From a virus (taxonomy: Duplodnaviria; Caudoviricetes): 64,000 nucleotides of DNA. The stretch is taken from positions 4,021-68,020 of the IMG/VR virus record IMGVR_UViG_3300033073_001660. One strand, given 5' to 3'. The position numbers were made by a program, and so were the translations under genes. Below are positions 10,801 through 20,501 of the stretch, one piece after another (position 1 is the first letter of the stretch; each line of letters opens with the position of its first letter). The notes beneath the pieces were generated by a model. That model was not told where the DNA came from and made no database searches. It saw only the letters and a list, made by a program, of their open reading frames with translations.

Positions 10801-13297
10801 TGCTCTTCGTTCTAAGATAATTCCATATATCACTAAATGGGGAATCAAAAATGGTAAGGATACTCGAGATAATCCATATCGTTTAAATACTGAACTTGTA
10901 TTTGGTAGAAATAATTTTTCACCAGACCACGAAGACAGAACTCAAAATCCTGTGAATTTTACACATGAATGGTTTTATATAGAAAGTAAATTTAGTTACA
11001 TTAATGATGAATCTACTATTTCACAAAATAATAATTACTTTGAAATAAGCTTAGATGATACTGCATTAGTCAATGATCCAGATTATTTTATTAATTATTT
11101 TACGTACACTCCGACTACTCTTGCTGGCAAAGAAGTGGCCGATACTCAATTTAGATATTCATCACTATTTAAAAATAGTGCTGGCCAATATGAAGCTTTC
11201 TTTAAAGGCTTTAAAATAACTTTTAAAGATGTGACGGACCCTACTGTTTTTGGAGAAGACGGTAAACCGGTAGCAAAGGAAAACAGTACACGATTTGAAG
11301 GTTATAAATTTAGCTGTATATTAAAACCGATTAAGGAAGATATCAATGACCAGACGCAACCACCAGTATCATATAAAATAATTGAGCACCGAGATAATAA
11401 ATTCATATTAATCGTGATCGAAGTAGTTTTAGGTGATTCAGATGACTTAAGTATTGATCCTTATTGGAAGAGCGGATCGAATCCTATATTAGATACTGAT
11501 AATTTTAATGATACTACTCTATTTACCCCAGTTAATCCAGCAGAACAGTATCCTTTTGCTACAATTAATGGAGACTATCGAATTACCTTTGATGCAAACT
11601 CAGTATCTAATGTGACTCACACGCTACTATATTCACTTAAGAATAAAAAATATAATAATTTAGCTGGAGCATATTCAAATATTAAAATGGCCTCTAAATT
11701 AGATTTCTCAGGAGGAGTTGACATCGCTGATAATACTATAAAGAGACTAGCAAATCCGAATATTCCAGAATATCCAGCTATTTTACCAGAAGACATCATC
11801 AAGCCCACTGTTAAAACTCCAATTTTTATTAAAGATCTTTCTACTGGATTTGATTTATTCCTAGTTGAAGTACAAAGTTTTATTCCTAGCCAAAATCCAA
11901 TAGTTAATACGATCGATTATTCATTAGATCAATTTGTTCACTATGATGGAACATACCAGACAGGCTTAATTATTCCAACTTATCCAAGCGTCAGTCTATA
12001 TAGCATTCTACCAGCTGGTGTAACTGCAATAATTAATAACTATTATGCCTTTAAAGTATTGACTGGTGGAGAAAATTATTATGAGAGACTTCTTGAAAAA
12101 ATATCTTTTGCCAAGTTTAAAAAGTACATAAATGATCTAAATCCAATCATTCAATATTATTCGTATACTGGCTCAGGAGTTCTTGCAGCTGACCCTAATT
12201 TTTATATTGAAATACCCGATATTTCAAACATTGAAAAAGTCAATCAAGTAATAGCTAATTATACTGAAAGTATTCCAATTCAGTTTGCAGGACAAGTTGA
12301 TATCGGTACTGCATATGAGGTTGCTAATCTTTCTAGAAGATATGAACTTAATAGATACAAAGGAGAGTACGAACCTATAATTCAAAATTACTCAATATAC
12401 CAGTCTAATTATAAATTCAAAAAGAATCAAATTAATGATCTCTCTTTAAGTAATACTCGATTAAACTCAGATGTGACTAAGCTCTTGACAATTCAAAATT
12501 TTAACCATATCAAAGTAGCAGATAGTCAAATCCTAGTACTTGAGTCAGACGAATCATATTTGCCAATATATCCTAAAATCAATGAAGTAGCAATCGGTAG
12601 AAGCGACTATTTCTTACTTAGAGGAAATTGGGATTGGGGATTCCATCACAGATACTTAAATAAGGAGACTCATGTTCCAGTATCTGGTGCTTTACGCGTA
12701 GAGGAAGACGATTCATTCTTAGCTAAACTAATTACTCTACCTGAATTTATTGAGCTTACTGATTTCAAGATCGAATATATTGATCCTACTCAAGAATTCA
12801 ATACAGTTGACATATCAAAAATCGAGATAGTTGCTAAAGAGACTCCTCTTGCAGTAGAGGGAGTAATTAATGTAAATAATGTCTTGACTCGTTACTTAAT
12901 TGAGGACGGAATTGATGCTAAATTCAATGAATATCTAATAAATTCAAATGAGTTTATTGGAAACTTTAATAGCATCTCTGATCCAAACATCCTAGTTTCA
13001 TCATATGTTAGAGAATACATAAAACTTAATATTTTAAAGTTGTATGATATTGATACTAATGAGTTCTATTCAAAGCAAAATTCGACACTAGTTTCAACTA
13101 ATCAGCAAGCAGGTTCAAATCCTAACTCTATTGAGTTCGTTTTCTTGAATGACCAACAACGCTTTGCTCAAGGTTATAATATACTAAAGTCATTACAAAT
13201 AAATAAAAAAGATAAGTTGATACTTAAATTTAGTTTCGCTAAGAAACAGGGTTCAGGATTATCAATAAGTCCAAAGATAAAAATTAAATTCATCTAA
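7820..13297 (+). CDS. Very large hypothetical virion (baseplate/tail-associated) protein
   Basis: 1825 aa ORF containing a GTGY...GSGTG...VTIVAGGTNYEIGD segment typical of phage tail/baseplate beta-rich repeats. It lies directly upstream of the fibre gene. Confidence 0.5.
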   Translation: MSNRDISYVPLLTEDSSFQLVRTNPKLTGNIKIAISEGGGMWLESIKANPELSKDLYSKVPIDIKQSHPANIFRFLNSGSTPNEITFDLTEQVDSTKTSKNFKDQYDFSHYFSGVKYLASNKYTERMSYFAPLYLKKDVPDYFIIFKIEDPANFPLDQVKQLYESGETKTDYLIDLFSKASIIKTFDLRAETVPGKYLRDYLNNPNFPASPLTVAYDENDFTTWNGILINEGTFGSRGELLYDLYSSSQPLKFFEENITNGFSRNGILFPNILNLEFVFNDDSSAKYDFNRYLGVYVNAIELTKLDIDLDRAYLTRGTWENTPHFRKRFLETDEVNLPQSNPNGVIVPFKNSTVNVSEFTTTFTDSDNLFINYLSDKDNNLYMPNLTQPFEIEYTAEHLVNLSLTEFKKVNELNLTFAGTGYTTLNNLTTTATLGSGTGLIVNIIDDGAGGVSNVTIVAGGTNYEIGDTSIINSGNNDAILEITNVFNGNIINATLTSHGYLTDNLIVISSSDSEYSGEFLITKIDDDNFEYSTTISPTNPNAIGTSKKELSTGQFRFANTNIDLGLFFGQSRNLFLQDLGESTNTGGHSYGVITINSELNNYDELRLYHPNGTQIDAIGKHDLIIATQAYVLIPNAGDYYVYNDYDNILGYDEFYMNGSGTPTQIASALAGCINGIRNSAFTAYQYDNRVFVKLRPAGDFDDLHKLSLISPTADYSVLTFNDLYTGSQLVGAQFSFLGGSKETGNRLILDAGHLDKINQNFDSILIKSSDSWSKIRKVSQYIDEITETNSTTQALRTKTIERYQNKIVVVLDENEKPTISNKEFVMKPKFRPSFGLLSFYLIKDIDFDFYSSTYTNFPNIDLYEHYFIPEGVNLLEPLIDYIVYNGTINVDDGTLTGVDYVDGSIFTVPFQTSYSIVNGNPLVTYDPNTTSNIIPINDVDRELKEFGGFSILKDPSKVVPQNTSNEYELKTKYLNGLTDTEYDFYKENESLDFALRSKIIPYITKWGIKNGKDTRDNPYRLNTELVFGRNNFSPDHEDRTQNPVNFTHEWFYIESKFSYINDESTISQNNNYFEISLDDTALVNDPDYFINYFTYTPTTLAGKEVADTQFRYSSLFKNSAGQYEAFFKGFKITFKDVTDPTVFGEDGKPVAKENSTRFEGYKFSCILKPIKEDINDQTQPPVSYKIIEHRDNKFILIVIEVVLGDSDDLSIDPYWKSGSNPILDTDNFNDTTLFTPVNPAEQYPFATINGDYRITFDANSVSNVTHTLLYSLKNKKYNNLAGAYSNIKMASKLDFSGGVDIADNTIKRLANPNIPEYPAILPEDIIKPTVKTPIFIKDLSTGFDLFLVEVQSFIPSQNPIVNTIDYSLDQFVHYDGTYQTGLIIPTYPSVSLYSILPAGVTAIINNYYAFKVLTGGENYYERLLEKISFAKFKKYINDLNPIIQYYSYTGSGVLAADPNFYIEIPDISNIEKVNQVIANYTESIPIQFAGQVDIGTAYEVANLSRRYELNRYKGEYEPIIQNYSIYQSNYKFKKNQINDLSLSNTRLNSDVTKLLTIQNFNHIKVADSQILVLESDESYLPIYPKINEVAIGRSDYFLLRGNWDWGFHHRYLNKETHVPVSGALRVEEDDSFLAKLITLPEFIELTDFKIEYIDPTQEFNTVDISKIEIVAKETPLAVEGVINVNNVLTRYLIEDGIDAKFNEYLINSNEFIGNFNSISDPNILVSSYVREYIKLNILKLYDIDTNEFYSKQNSTLVSTNQQAGSNPNSIEFVFLNDQQRFAQGYNILKSLQINKKDKLILKFSFAKKQGSGLSISPKIKIKFI

Positions 13298-13298
13298 T

Positions 13299-16200
13299 AT
13301 GCCAATTAGAGTAAACCTAAAAGAAATATTTCCTTCTGATCCTCAGGAAATAAATGTTGAAAAATTAAACTTCAACTTTAATAAGCTTCTTGAGCTAGGA
13401 GTAGGTTCACCAGGACCAATCGGATTAACTGGACCACAGGGCCCAGCTGGCCCAATTGGATTAGTCGGTCCACAGGGAGACCGTGGAGCAACATGGTGGG
13501 TAGACGCAGGAGATCCGAATACTATTACTTTTAGTGAGCCTCTAATGGATGGAGACATGTATCTTGATCAAACATCAAATGTTTTTCAAATATATCAGTA
13601 TGATGCTCTAACCAGTACTTGGAACACAGTGGTCAGTATTGCAGCAGTCGTAAATGCTTATCTTTCAACTGCCTCTCCATCACCATTTGAAATTTCACAA
13701 ATCAATGTTCCCCTTCCTTCAAGTTTAAGTGTTAGTGATCAATTTGTAGTATTTAAAAACAGATCCAACACTTCTCTTGATGTAGCTAGAGGGGTTTCAA
13801 ACGTTTCAAATAATAATATTCTTTTTTTAAATAACTTTGACGAAACTCTAATTACTGAGCCAAATATTAACAGTTATCCTGGGTTTGGCCAAAACCAGTA
13901 TAACTCGTTGCTTGGTATATTCGCTGCACATAACGATGGACAACTATCAGTTAATGCGGAAGTTGGTAGGTACCATATAGAACTAGGATCAGTTTATAAC
14001 AATGGAACTACATCAATTTTTAGTGAACTTAAACATAATCTAAAAGGAAAATTCTATAAAAGATATTTGACCTCTCCTGAATTGGCTGCAACAAATGAAT
14101 GGATCAATACTGCTAAATTTTCGTTATCTGTACCTGAACCATTTATTGCACCAGATGTTGATCAAAATGGAGAATTTGAATTCGTTGTGCCTAAATATAA
14201 TAATGAAGGAACACCAGTTAACGAAGAAGTTTATATCCGACTTGGTTCGGCTGAAGCCTTTGAGGAACACACAAATAAAGCAGTTATCTTAGCTGATGGT
14301 ATCGCAATCACAAACGATCAAGTAGGTCGATCAATGGTGGTAGGACTTAGGGAAGACCTAGGTGCAGTATTAAATTTGCCATATTCTACTTCTAACTTTG
14401 CTCTTTTTGATGTCTCAGATGATGTGGATGGTCTATTTTTTAATAAGACATTAATTCAGACTGGTGGAAATTTTGAACAAATTCACACTCTTCCAGTATT
14501 CTTAAACAATAAATCTAGTGCAATTACTTCTAGTGGAAATGATAATAAAAATTACACTTCCATCTTTTCAAATGGTGATATACTGATCTATACTCAAGCT
14601 GGAGATAATAGTGTCTTAACCCAAGATACTGACTCTTCTGGATCCATTGCAATATATCAATTTAATTCGAATTTAGATAAGAGCTTTATTTATGCAGATA
14701 CGAATCCATCGAACTATCTTGCAGATTCACCAGCATATGATAATCATGGCCATCCTATCTATGATAAATTTGATCCTAAATATTTTCCATTAACTAATGT
14801 GACGTCAGTTGATTTTGTTGGAAAATACATGTATTTAACTAGAATTAAACCACAGGATGTACTTTACACATATCCACAAGTCTCTATATTAGATACTTTT
14901 ATTATCTCTGAGCTTGATTCAAATGGATATGGTGGACTCGCGATCGGTATGACCGGTGAGTCTGATCCAGAGCTACATAGTTTAACTAAAGTAAAAGTAA
15001 TCGGCAACACTGCCTACTTACTACGAAAAAGATTAACTACTTCTGATTGGACACAGACTACCTCTGCACTAATTTCTATGGACGTAACTGATCCTACCGC
15101 TCCAACGACTCTTGATATCGCTGCATCATCAAATAAAGAGACATACTTTGATGTAGATTTTTATGGCGAACGAGCATATATCATTAAACATAGGGATTTA
15201 ACTGGATTCCTTCCTACTCATCTATCCATTAGACGTATTGATATTTCAAATCCATCTTCTCTTGTTCAAGCAACTGATACTACGATTATTACTGGAAACT
15301 CATCAAGTTTAGATACGGCAACCATAAAAGTAGACGGAGATCGAATTTACGTCACCCATAAAAGTAAATTATACGTATATTCAAATACCGAAAAAAATTC
15401 AATAGCATTAAGTGCAATAATTTCAGGCGGATTTGAAATAGATCCAAACTTGACAATAACTGACCATATCATAAATGGAAGATATTTATACGCGTTGGGC
15501 GAAGATTCAAGTACCGGATACGGTAGTATTGTTACTATTGATATTTCAGATATTTCATCACCATTAATTGTTGCAACCGAGTCTAACTTGAAAATTACTG
15601 CTCCAGGTAAAATGGTATTAGTTGGAAATAAGATCTTTGTTTCTACTTCAAATGGAACTGGAGGTCTTTCTAGTGAGCTTCCTGGATTATCTGAATATGA
15701 AATAGATGGAATCGTTTCGCCTGCTGCAAATGTATCAAGTGTGCAATCTTCCAATATTGATGTCTCAAATAACTTAAATGTTGGAAAATCATTAAGAGTC
15801 GGTCGATCAGTTAATGTTGGAGCTGGCGGAATCGTAACAGATGGAGTCATTGTAGGTACATCAGTTAATGCTATTTCACATACTGCAATCAAAGTTACAA
15901 ATAATGCAGTTGACCAGGTAATTACGTCAAATTTAGTGACAACTTATACTGCTCAATTTAGTACGATTGAATATGATAATCTAGAAGAGTTTGATAATTC
16001 AACATACAAATTTACCGCTAAAGAATCAGGGTATTACCAGTTTAATTTTCATGGAGCCTTGAAAAACGTTGCCTCTTCGTATATTGCAATAATCGGTTCA
16101 GTTTTATTATATGATTCAAATTCAAATGAAACTAGATTGAGTATCATTTATAATGGAGCCGGTACATCAGAATCACTATCAGAATATGTATTAGATGGAT

Positions 16201-16352
16201 CTAGGCCAGATATGAGCGGTTCTGCAATAATATATGTTGCAGCTGGTGATTGGGTACAAGTAAAATATAACTGTTATGCATTAGATCAGACTTCTACTCC
16301 AATAAACATGAGCATGTATCTTCAAGAATTAACAATAAATAAAATCGTATAA
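13299..16352 (+). CDS. Tail fibre/spike: collagen-like G-X-Y segment, LVIVD-like beta-propeller repeats, C-terminal C1q/TNF-like domain
   Basis: Ten G-X-Y triplets; LVIVD-like repeats (VKVIGNTAYL, DVTDPTAP, IDISNPSS, IDISDISSP); C1q-like motif FSTIEYDNLEEFDNSTYKFTAKESGYYQFNF. It is followed by a chaperone-like ORF. Confidence 0.7.
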   Translation: MPIRVNLKEIFPSDPQEINVEKLNFNFNKLLELGVGSPGPIGLTGPQGPAGPIGLVGPQGDRGATWWVDAGDPNTITFSEPLMDGDMYLDQTSNVFQIYQYDALTSTWNTVVSIAAVVNAYLSTASPSPFEISQINVPLPSSLSVSDQFVVFKNRSNTSLDVARGVSNVSNNNILFLNNFDETLITEPNINSYPGFGQNQYNSLLGIFAAHNDGQLSVNAEVGRYHIELGSVYNNGTTSIFSELKHNLKGKFYKRYLTSPELAATNEWINTAKFSLSVPEPFIAPDVDQNGEFEFVVPKYNNEGTPVNEEVYIRLGSAEAFEEHTNKAVILADGIAITNDQVGRSMVVGLREDLGAVLNLPYSTSNFALFDVSDDVDGLFFNKTLIQTGGNFEQIHTLPVFLNNKSSAITSSGNDNKNYTSIFSNGDILIYTQAGDNSVLTQDTDSSGSIAIYQFNSNLDKSFIYADTNPSNYLADSPAYDNHGHPIYDKFDPKYFPLTNVTSVDFVGKYMYLTRIKPQDVLYTYPQVSILDTFIISELDSNGYGGLAIGMTGESDPELHSLTKVKVIGNTAYLLRKRLTTSDWTQTTSALISMDVTDPTAPTTLDIAASSNKETYFDVDFYGERAYIIKHRDLTGFLPTHLSIRRIDISNPSSLVQATDTTIITGNSSSLDTATIKVDGDRIYVTHKSKLYVYSNTEKNSIALSAIISGGFEIDPNLTITDHIINGRYLYALGEDSSTGYGSIVTIDISDISSPLIVATESNLKITAPGKMVLVGNKIFVSTSNGTGGLSSELPGLSEYEIDGIVSPAANVSSVQSSNIDVSNNLNVGKSLRVGRSVNVGAGGIVTDGVIVGTSVNAISHTAIKVTNNAVDQVITSNLVTTYTAQFSTIEYDNLEEFDNSTYKFTAKESGYYQFNFHGALKNVASSYIAIIGSVLLYDSNSNETRLSIIYNGAGTSESLSEYVLDGSRPDMSGSAIIYVAAGDWVQVKYNCYALDQTSTPINMSMYLQELTINKIV
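13404..13493 (+). repeat. Collagen-like (Gly-X-Y)x10 coding repeat
   Basis: Encodes GSP GPI GLT GPQ GPA GPI GLV GPQ GDR GAT. Confidence 0.9.
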
Positions 16353-16353
16353 T

Positions 16354-16665
16354 ATGAATATTTATAAAAAATTATGTCCAACTGCCGTACTTATCGAAGA
16401 CGTGTTAATTGAAAAGGGCGAGTCGAATTATATCATTGTCAAATGGGATGAAGATAAATTAGGGCCAGTTCCAACTGAACAGACATTATTAGATCTTTTT
16501 AATGAAGTCAACCTTTATTATGCGGAATATGCTGTGAATCGACGTAGAGAATACCCACCGATTGAAGATTATATTGATGGTATAGTTAAAGGTGATCAAG
16601 CTCAAGTGCAAGCGTATATTGATGCATGCTTAGCAGTCAAAGCCCAATATCCAAAACCTTTTTAA
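16354..16665 (+). CDS. Tail fibre assembly chaperone-like protein
   Basis: C-terminal motif YAVNRRREYPPIEDYIDGIVKG...CLAVKAQYPKP, typical of small ORFs that follow fibre genes in aquatic phages. Confidence 0.6.
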   Translation: MNIYKKLCPTAVLIEDVLIEKGESNYIIVKWDEDKLGPVPTEQTLLDLFNEVNLYYAEYAVNRRREYPPIEDYIDGIVKGDQAQVQAYIDACLAVKAQYPKPF

Positions 16666-17462
16666 TCGATCCACTGATTAAGGGTAAACGGCATAAGTCT
16701 CTCCATAATTAGGAGACCTTGAAGTTCATTAATAATTGTCGGTTCAAACTTGATTCCTTTTGCAATTCCTTTATTTAAGAGGATAGTATCCTTAAGAACG
16801 TTTGCTACCATTTTTTCAGGAGGTCCCTCTAAGACAGCGAAGCATACATTCTTATGTTCCTTCATATTCACTAATTCAGGATCCTGGAGTTTATCTAGTT
16901 CTTCCCGAAGAGCGTTTTCTTTTACTTCTGGAATATTTACAGATTTTATCTTTTTAAAAGAGTAACCAAAATCTTTTTTCTTATCGATGGAGATCTTCCA
17001 AATAGAATATTTTTTGCTGCCAATTGAGTTAATAACTAGAAATATTTCAGACTGCTCGTGTAGCATATCATTCATGTAGAAGAAATCAACATTGTCTAAT
17101 ACATCTAATTGGATATCCATGTAATCCAAGATTAAGTTTAAGAAGACATAATTTGCATTTCGAAATATCTCAACTACTTCCGCTTTTTTCGTATAGATCT
17201 GCTTAAGTTCAGTAGTGATCACTTTTATACGATCACTCTTCCAGACTTGGTGCATCTTAAAATCACGAAGGTTTCCTTCAACGGCTAATGTATTTAGATT
17301 TAAGCTATGAAAAAAGATCTCATAAAAATGGTCTAGTGAACCTTCCTCCAAATCAAGTCGATACTTTTGACTTGCAGCCAAAAGGACATAATTAAAGTAT
17401 TCGGGATCTAAATAATTCCCTTTAGTTATCCATAAAGGATCTAATATCTGTTTCTTTTTCAA
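16662..17462 (-). CDS. Hypothetical phage protein (TTG start)
   Basis: 266 aa ORF filling the gap between plus-strand genes, with a minus-strand ATAAATA 20 nt upstream. Confidence 0.6.
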   Translation of the reverse strand: MKKKQILDPLWITKGNYLDPEYFNYVLLAASQKYRLDLEEGSLDHFYEIFFHSLNLNTLAVEGNLRDFKMHQVWKSDRIKVITTELKQIYTKKAEVVEIFRNANYVFLNLILDYMDIQLDVLDNVDFFYMNDMLHEQSEIFLVINSIGSKKYSIWKISIDKKKDFGYSFKKIKSVNIPEVKENALREELDKLQDPELVNMKEHKNVCFAVLEGPPEKMVANVLKDTILLNKGIAKGIKFEPTIINELQGLLIMERLMPFTLNQWID

Positions 17463-17481
17463 GAGGCCTGCTCTTTTTTAT

Positions 17482-17488
17482 TATTTAT
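17482..17488 (-). promoter_or_regulatory. Late promoter core ATAAATA
   Basis: TATTTAT on the plus strand, upstream of minus-strand start 17462. Confidence 0.5.
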
Positions 17489-17528
17489 TTTACTCAAAAG
17501 AAGATACTAGTTTAGGTAAAAAATTAAA

Positions 17529-17535
17529 ATAAATA
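17529..17535 (+). promoter_or_regulatory. Late promoter core ATAAATA
   Basis: Upstream of ATG 17558 and divergent from the motif at 17482. Confidence 0.5.
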
Positions 17536-17557
17536 AACTAAATAAGCATTTGCTTCA

Positions 17558-19702
17558 ATGGTTAAAACAACTGTCAAACTACTAATTGATCCTCAGAATA
17601 ATTCTTTAACATTCAGTAAGAACTTTAGAATATTCTCCACGAGTGAACCCGTCACAGGGATCATTGAGTTTACTGACTTTATCGAAGATTTAATAATCGC
17701 TGTGCCTAATACGCTAGACCTCGATAATCTTACCCGAAAGTTTAGATATTCTAGAAATAGATTGGATTGGTCACTATGGTATGAAGTTGAGCCTGGAAAT
17801 TTAGGAGATGCCGCTAGTATTTTTTTAGATGAACTCGATGAATTCTATTTTGAAGTAAAATATGAATATGATGATGGGACTCCAAATCAACTCTTAACAC
17901 CAATTGAGATCAATGAAATAAAATTAAGATTTAGACAGGCTGCTCAAGTAGCAAACGTATATACTCCACAGACTTTATGTAGTGATGAAGTATGTACTTC
18001 AATCATACAAAATAGGGATCCTAGTTTTAGACCCTATAATGTGGATAGCGCAATTGGAATGTTTCAAGAGCTCTCATTCTTTACAAATCAATTATATGGT
18101 CATCAGGTAGTATACTTTAGGACTCTTCCGGAATCAGACAGCGGTGACTATGTTTTTAAAGAATGGACTCTTTATAAAAATATCGATCGTAAATGTATCA
18201 AAGTAATGGTAAAAGATAATGCTTTTCCAGATAACGTGCCAAAGTTTACTGAATTTGGAATAGACTTTCAATTACCGTTTGAAGTAGAACTTGATCACAA
18301 ATACTTTCAATCTATTTTTGGTGTGAACTCTGAACCTAGAAAGAGAGATTTTTTATATTTCCCTCTTCTAAACAGAATGTTTGAGATCCAGGGATCATAT
18401 TTACACCGAGGATTCATGATGGCTCCTACTTTTTGGAAAATTCAACTTAAAAAGTATAATCCAAATATTGATATGCTACTCACGGATGATACTAGAACTT
18501 TCTTGGATAATGTTATTACTAATGCTGAACAGTTATTTGGGGAAGAGGTTAAGAAAGACATTAAGGATGCAACTATGCCAGAACAGTATCAAAAGATCAC
18601 TACGACCTTTGACTCTGCTAGAAAAGCTCTACATCCAGACTTAATACAACGTCCTTTAAAATATACATATAACTTTGCACCCCTAATCGAAAATTACTAT
18701 GATCTTGGTGCAATTTTACCAACTGATTTGACCGCCACTCTAACAAATGATTCACCAGTCGTATCGACGACTCAACAAGTCTTTCTTCTTCCTAGCATAG
18801 AGAATGGACCGGCATATCCATATGACGTTATATTAGCTTATCAAGATAGCGACCTATATCTTACTTGGAAAAATGGAGGGCTTCTCACTAACGATAAAAA
18901 TATTAAGGCTCTTAATACTCGATACATTAGAGTAAGAGGACCATTTGATTCTATTGAAAATCATATTGGAACTAGTGATGAAGGTAGATATATCAGAATC
19001 GAAGCATACCGAGATATTAGCTTAACTAGTCAAAAAAATATTATGTATAATTCGACTGGACCAGTTGATACTGCTCAATTTAAAATTAGAGATACTGCAG
19101 TCGTTTATAACGCTCAACCTAAATTTAATGCAACAACTGAGAAGAACCTATCATTTACGTGTCTATTCAATGTACCAAGTTTATCGGACACTATAAATTT
19201 CATTAATGGATACGATAACTTGACTTCAAGTGGAATTCGAATAACTGCAACCTTCAATCGATACTCTTCTACTCTACCTGAAGGAGATTTTGTTTTAACT
19301 GTGAAGGTAAATACACTAGTTAAGACTTACACAATAAATAATTTTGTGAGTGATGCCTGGCATGCAATGGTAGTTTCCATGTCAAATGAGTTTTTACAGA
19401 TTGGTGCATATGTGTATAAGATCAAGGAGGATCCTAGTGATCTAATTAACCACAATGACTTTGTTCAAATACTTTCTAATACTTCATCGTTTTCTCAGCA
19501 GACCTTTGATATTACTCAAAACTATACTTTGCCTAGTTCTAAGTTATTGATAACTAATATTAGAGTATTTAACACTATGTTGAGAGAGGAAGAGCACGAT
19601 TTTATCCTAAGCCAACAGTTCTTAAAAGATGAATCGATGCTAGTCTTAATTGATAATTGCCGACCTCAAACTAACCTGCCATACATCGCTAAAAACAGAT
19701 AA
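17558..19702 (+). CDS. T4 gp14-like neck/head-completion protein with extra N-terminal and LamG-like C-terminal domains
   Basis: Central VVYFR...FGIDFQLPFEVELDHKYFQSIFG...PRKRDFLYFPLLNRMFEI resembles the gp14 core. C-terminal WHAMVVSM...ITNIRVFNTML is LamG-like. It sits next to a gp15-like gene. Confidence 0.55.
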   Translation: MVKTTVKLLIDPQNNSLTFSKNFRIFSTSEPVTGIIEFTDFIEDLIIAVPNTLDLDNLTRKFRYSRNRLDWSLWYEVEPGNLGDAASIFLDELDEFYFEVKYEYDDGTPNQLLTPIEINEIKLRFRQAAQVANVYTPQTLCSDEVCTSIIQNRDPSFRPYNVDSAIGMFQELSFFTNQLYGHQVVYFRTLPESDSGDYVFKEWTLYKNIDRKCIKVMVKDNAFPDNVPKFTEFGIDFQLPFEVELDHKYFQSIFGVNSEPRKRDFLYFPLLNRMFEIQGSYLHRGFMMAPTFWKIQLKKYNPNIDMLLTDDTRTFLDNVITNAEQLFGEEVKKDIKDATMPEQYQKITTTFDSARKALHPDLIQRPLKYTYNFAPLIENYYDLGAILPTDLTATLTNDSPVVSTTQQVFLLPSIENGPAYPYDVILAYQDSDLYLTWKNGGLLTNDKNIKALNTRYIRVRGPFDSIENHIGTSDEGRYIRIEAYRDISLTSQKNIMYNSTGPVDTAQFKIRDTAVVYNAQPKFNATTEKNLSFTCLFNVPSLSDTINFINGYDNLTSSGIRITATFNRYSSTLPEGDFVLTVKVNTLVKTYTINNFVSDAWHAMVVSMSNEFLQIGAYVYKIKEDPSDLINHNDFVQILSNTSSFSQQTFDITQNYTLPSSKLLITNIRVFNTMLREEEHDFILSQQFLKDESMLVLIDNCRPQTNLPYIAKNR

Positions 19703-19706
19703 CATT

Positions 19707-20492
19707 ATGAAAATAACACATACTGAAAACATACGAAATGAGAACGTTCAAGACATATTTCTTAGAAACGCGACCCTATCTATGTTAGATCTATTAAATC
19801 GTCAAGTTGTTATTCAACTAAAAAGAGCTGGAAAGATCGAAGATCACGAAATACCTTTCTTTTATAACTTTGGTGGAGACGAGGGATTTATGAAAGACTT
19901 TTTCCTTGAATTACCGACTGACTGTTATTATCCTAACCATGCTGAGGGTAATTATGAACAATTACCTAGGGGAATCCTAACTCTATCATCATTTACAATT
20001 AAGCCTAGCGATAATACTAATAAATTTGTTAGGGGTAGTTTTAACGAAGAGACTAGAGATGAAAACGATCAAAAAGTAATAAAGGCCTTTTCCTCTCGAC
20101 TATTTACACTACCGATGGTATTAACATATAATGTGAAGATTGAAAGCGATAACATCAATAAGACTTTTAAGATAATGGAAAAAATCTTTGATTTCTATTA
20201 TAAAAATCAAGTTAGATACTTTCAATTTAGAGGAGTCAGAGTACCTGCACAAATCACTTTTCCAGACACTGCACAATTTACTAAAAGCTATAGCTTTGTA
20301 TATAGTGATGCGAACACAGTCTCAATCTCATTGGACATAAATATGGAGACATATTTCCCTAGTTTTGACGATCATTCTAAGATGTATAAAGGAAATACGA
20401 TCAAACAGTTTAACGTTCGAGAAGTCACAGGAGATGACGGCACTACTCTTAGTGACAGTTGGGTCGATCAGGATTATCCGCCAGCTGAATAA
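19707..20492 (+). CDS. T4 gp15-like tail terminator/sheath stabilizer
   Basis: Motifs LPRGILTLSSF and LPMVLTYNVKIESDNINKTFKIMEKIFDFY match gp15-like patterns. The ATG at 19707 is preferred over the track start at 19650. Confidence 0.55.
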   Translation: MKITHTENIRNENVQDIFLRNATLSMLDLLNRQVVIQLKRAGKIEDHEIPFFYNFGGDEGFMKDFFLELPTDCYYPNHAEGNYEQLPRGILTLSSFTIKPSDNTNKFVRGSFNEETRDENDQKVIKAFSSRLFTLPMVLTYNVKIESDNINKTFKIMEKIFDFYYKNQVRYFQFRGVRVPAQITFPDTAQFTKSYSFVYSDANTVSISLDINMETYFPSFDDHSKMYKGNTIKQFNVREVTGDDGTTLSDSWVDQDYPPAE

Positions 20493-20495
20493 ATA
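20489..20495 (+). promoter_or_regulatory. Late promoter core ATAAATA
   Basis: Overlaps the stop of the gp15-like gene, upstream of ATG 20502. Confidence 0.45.
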
Positions 20496-20501
20496 ATTAA
20501 T

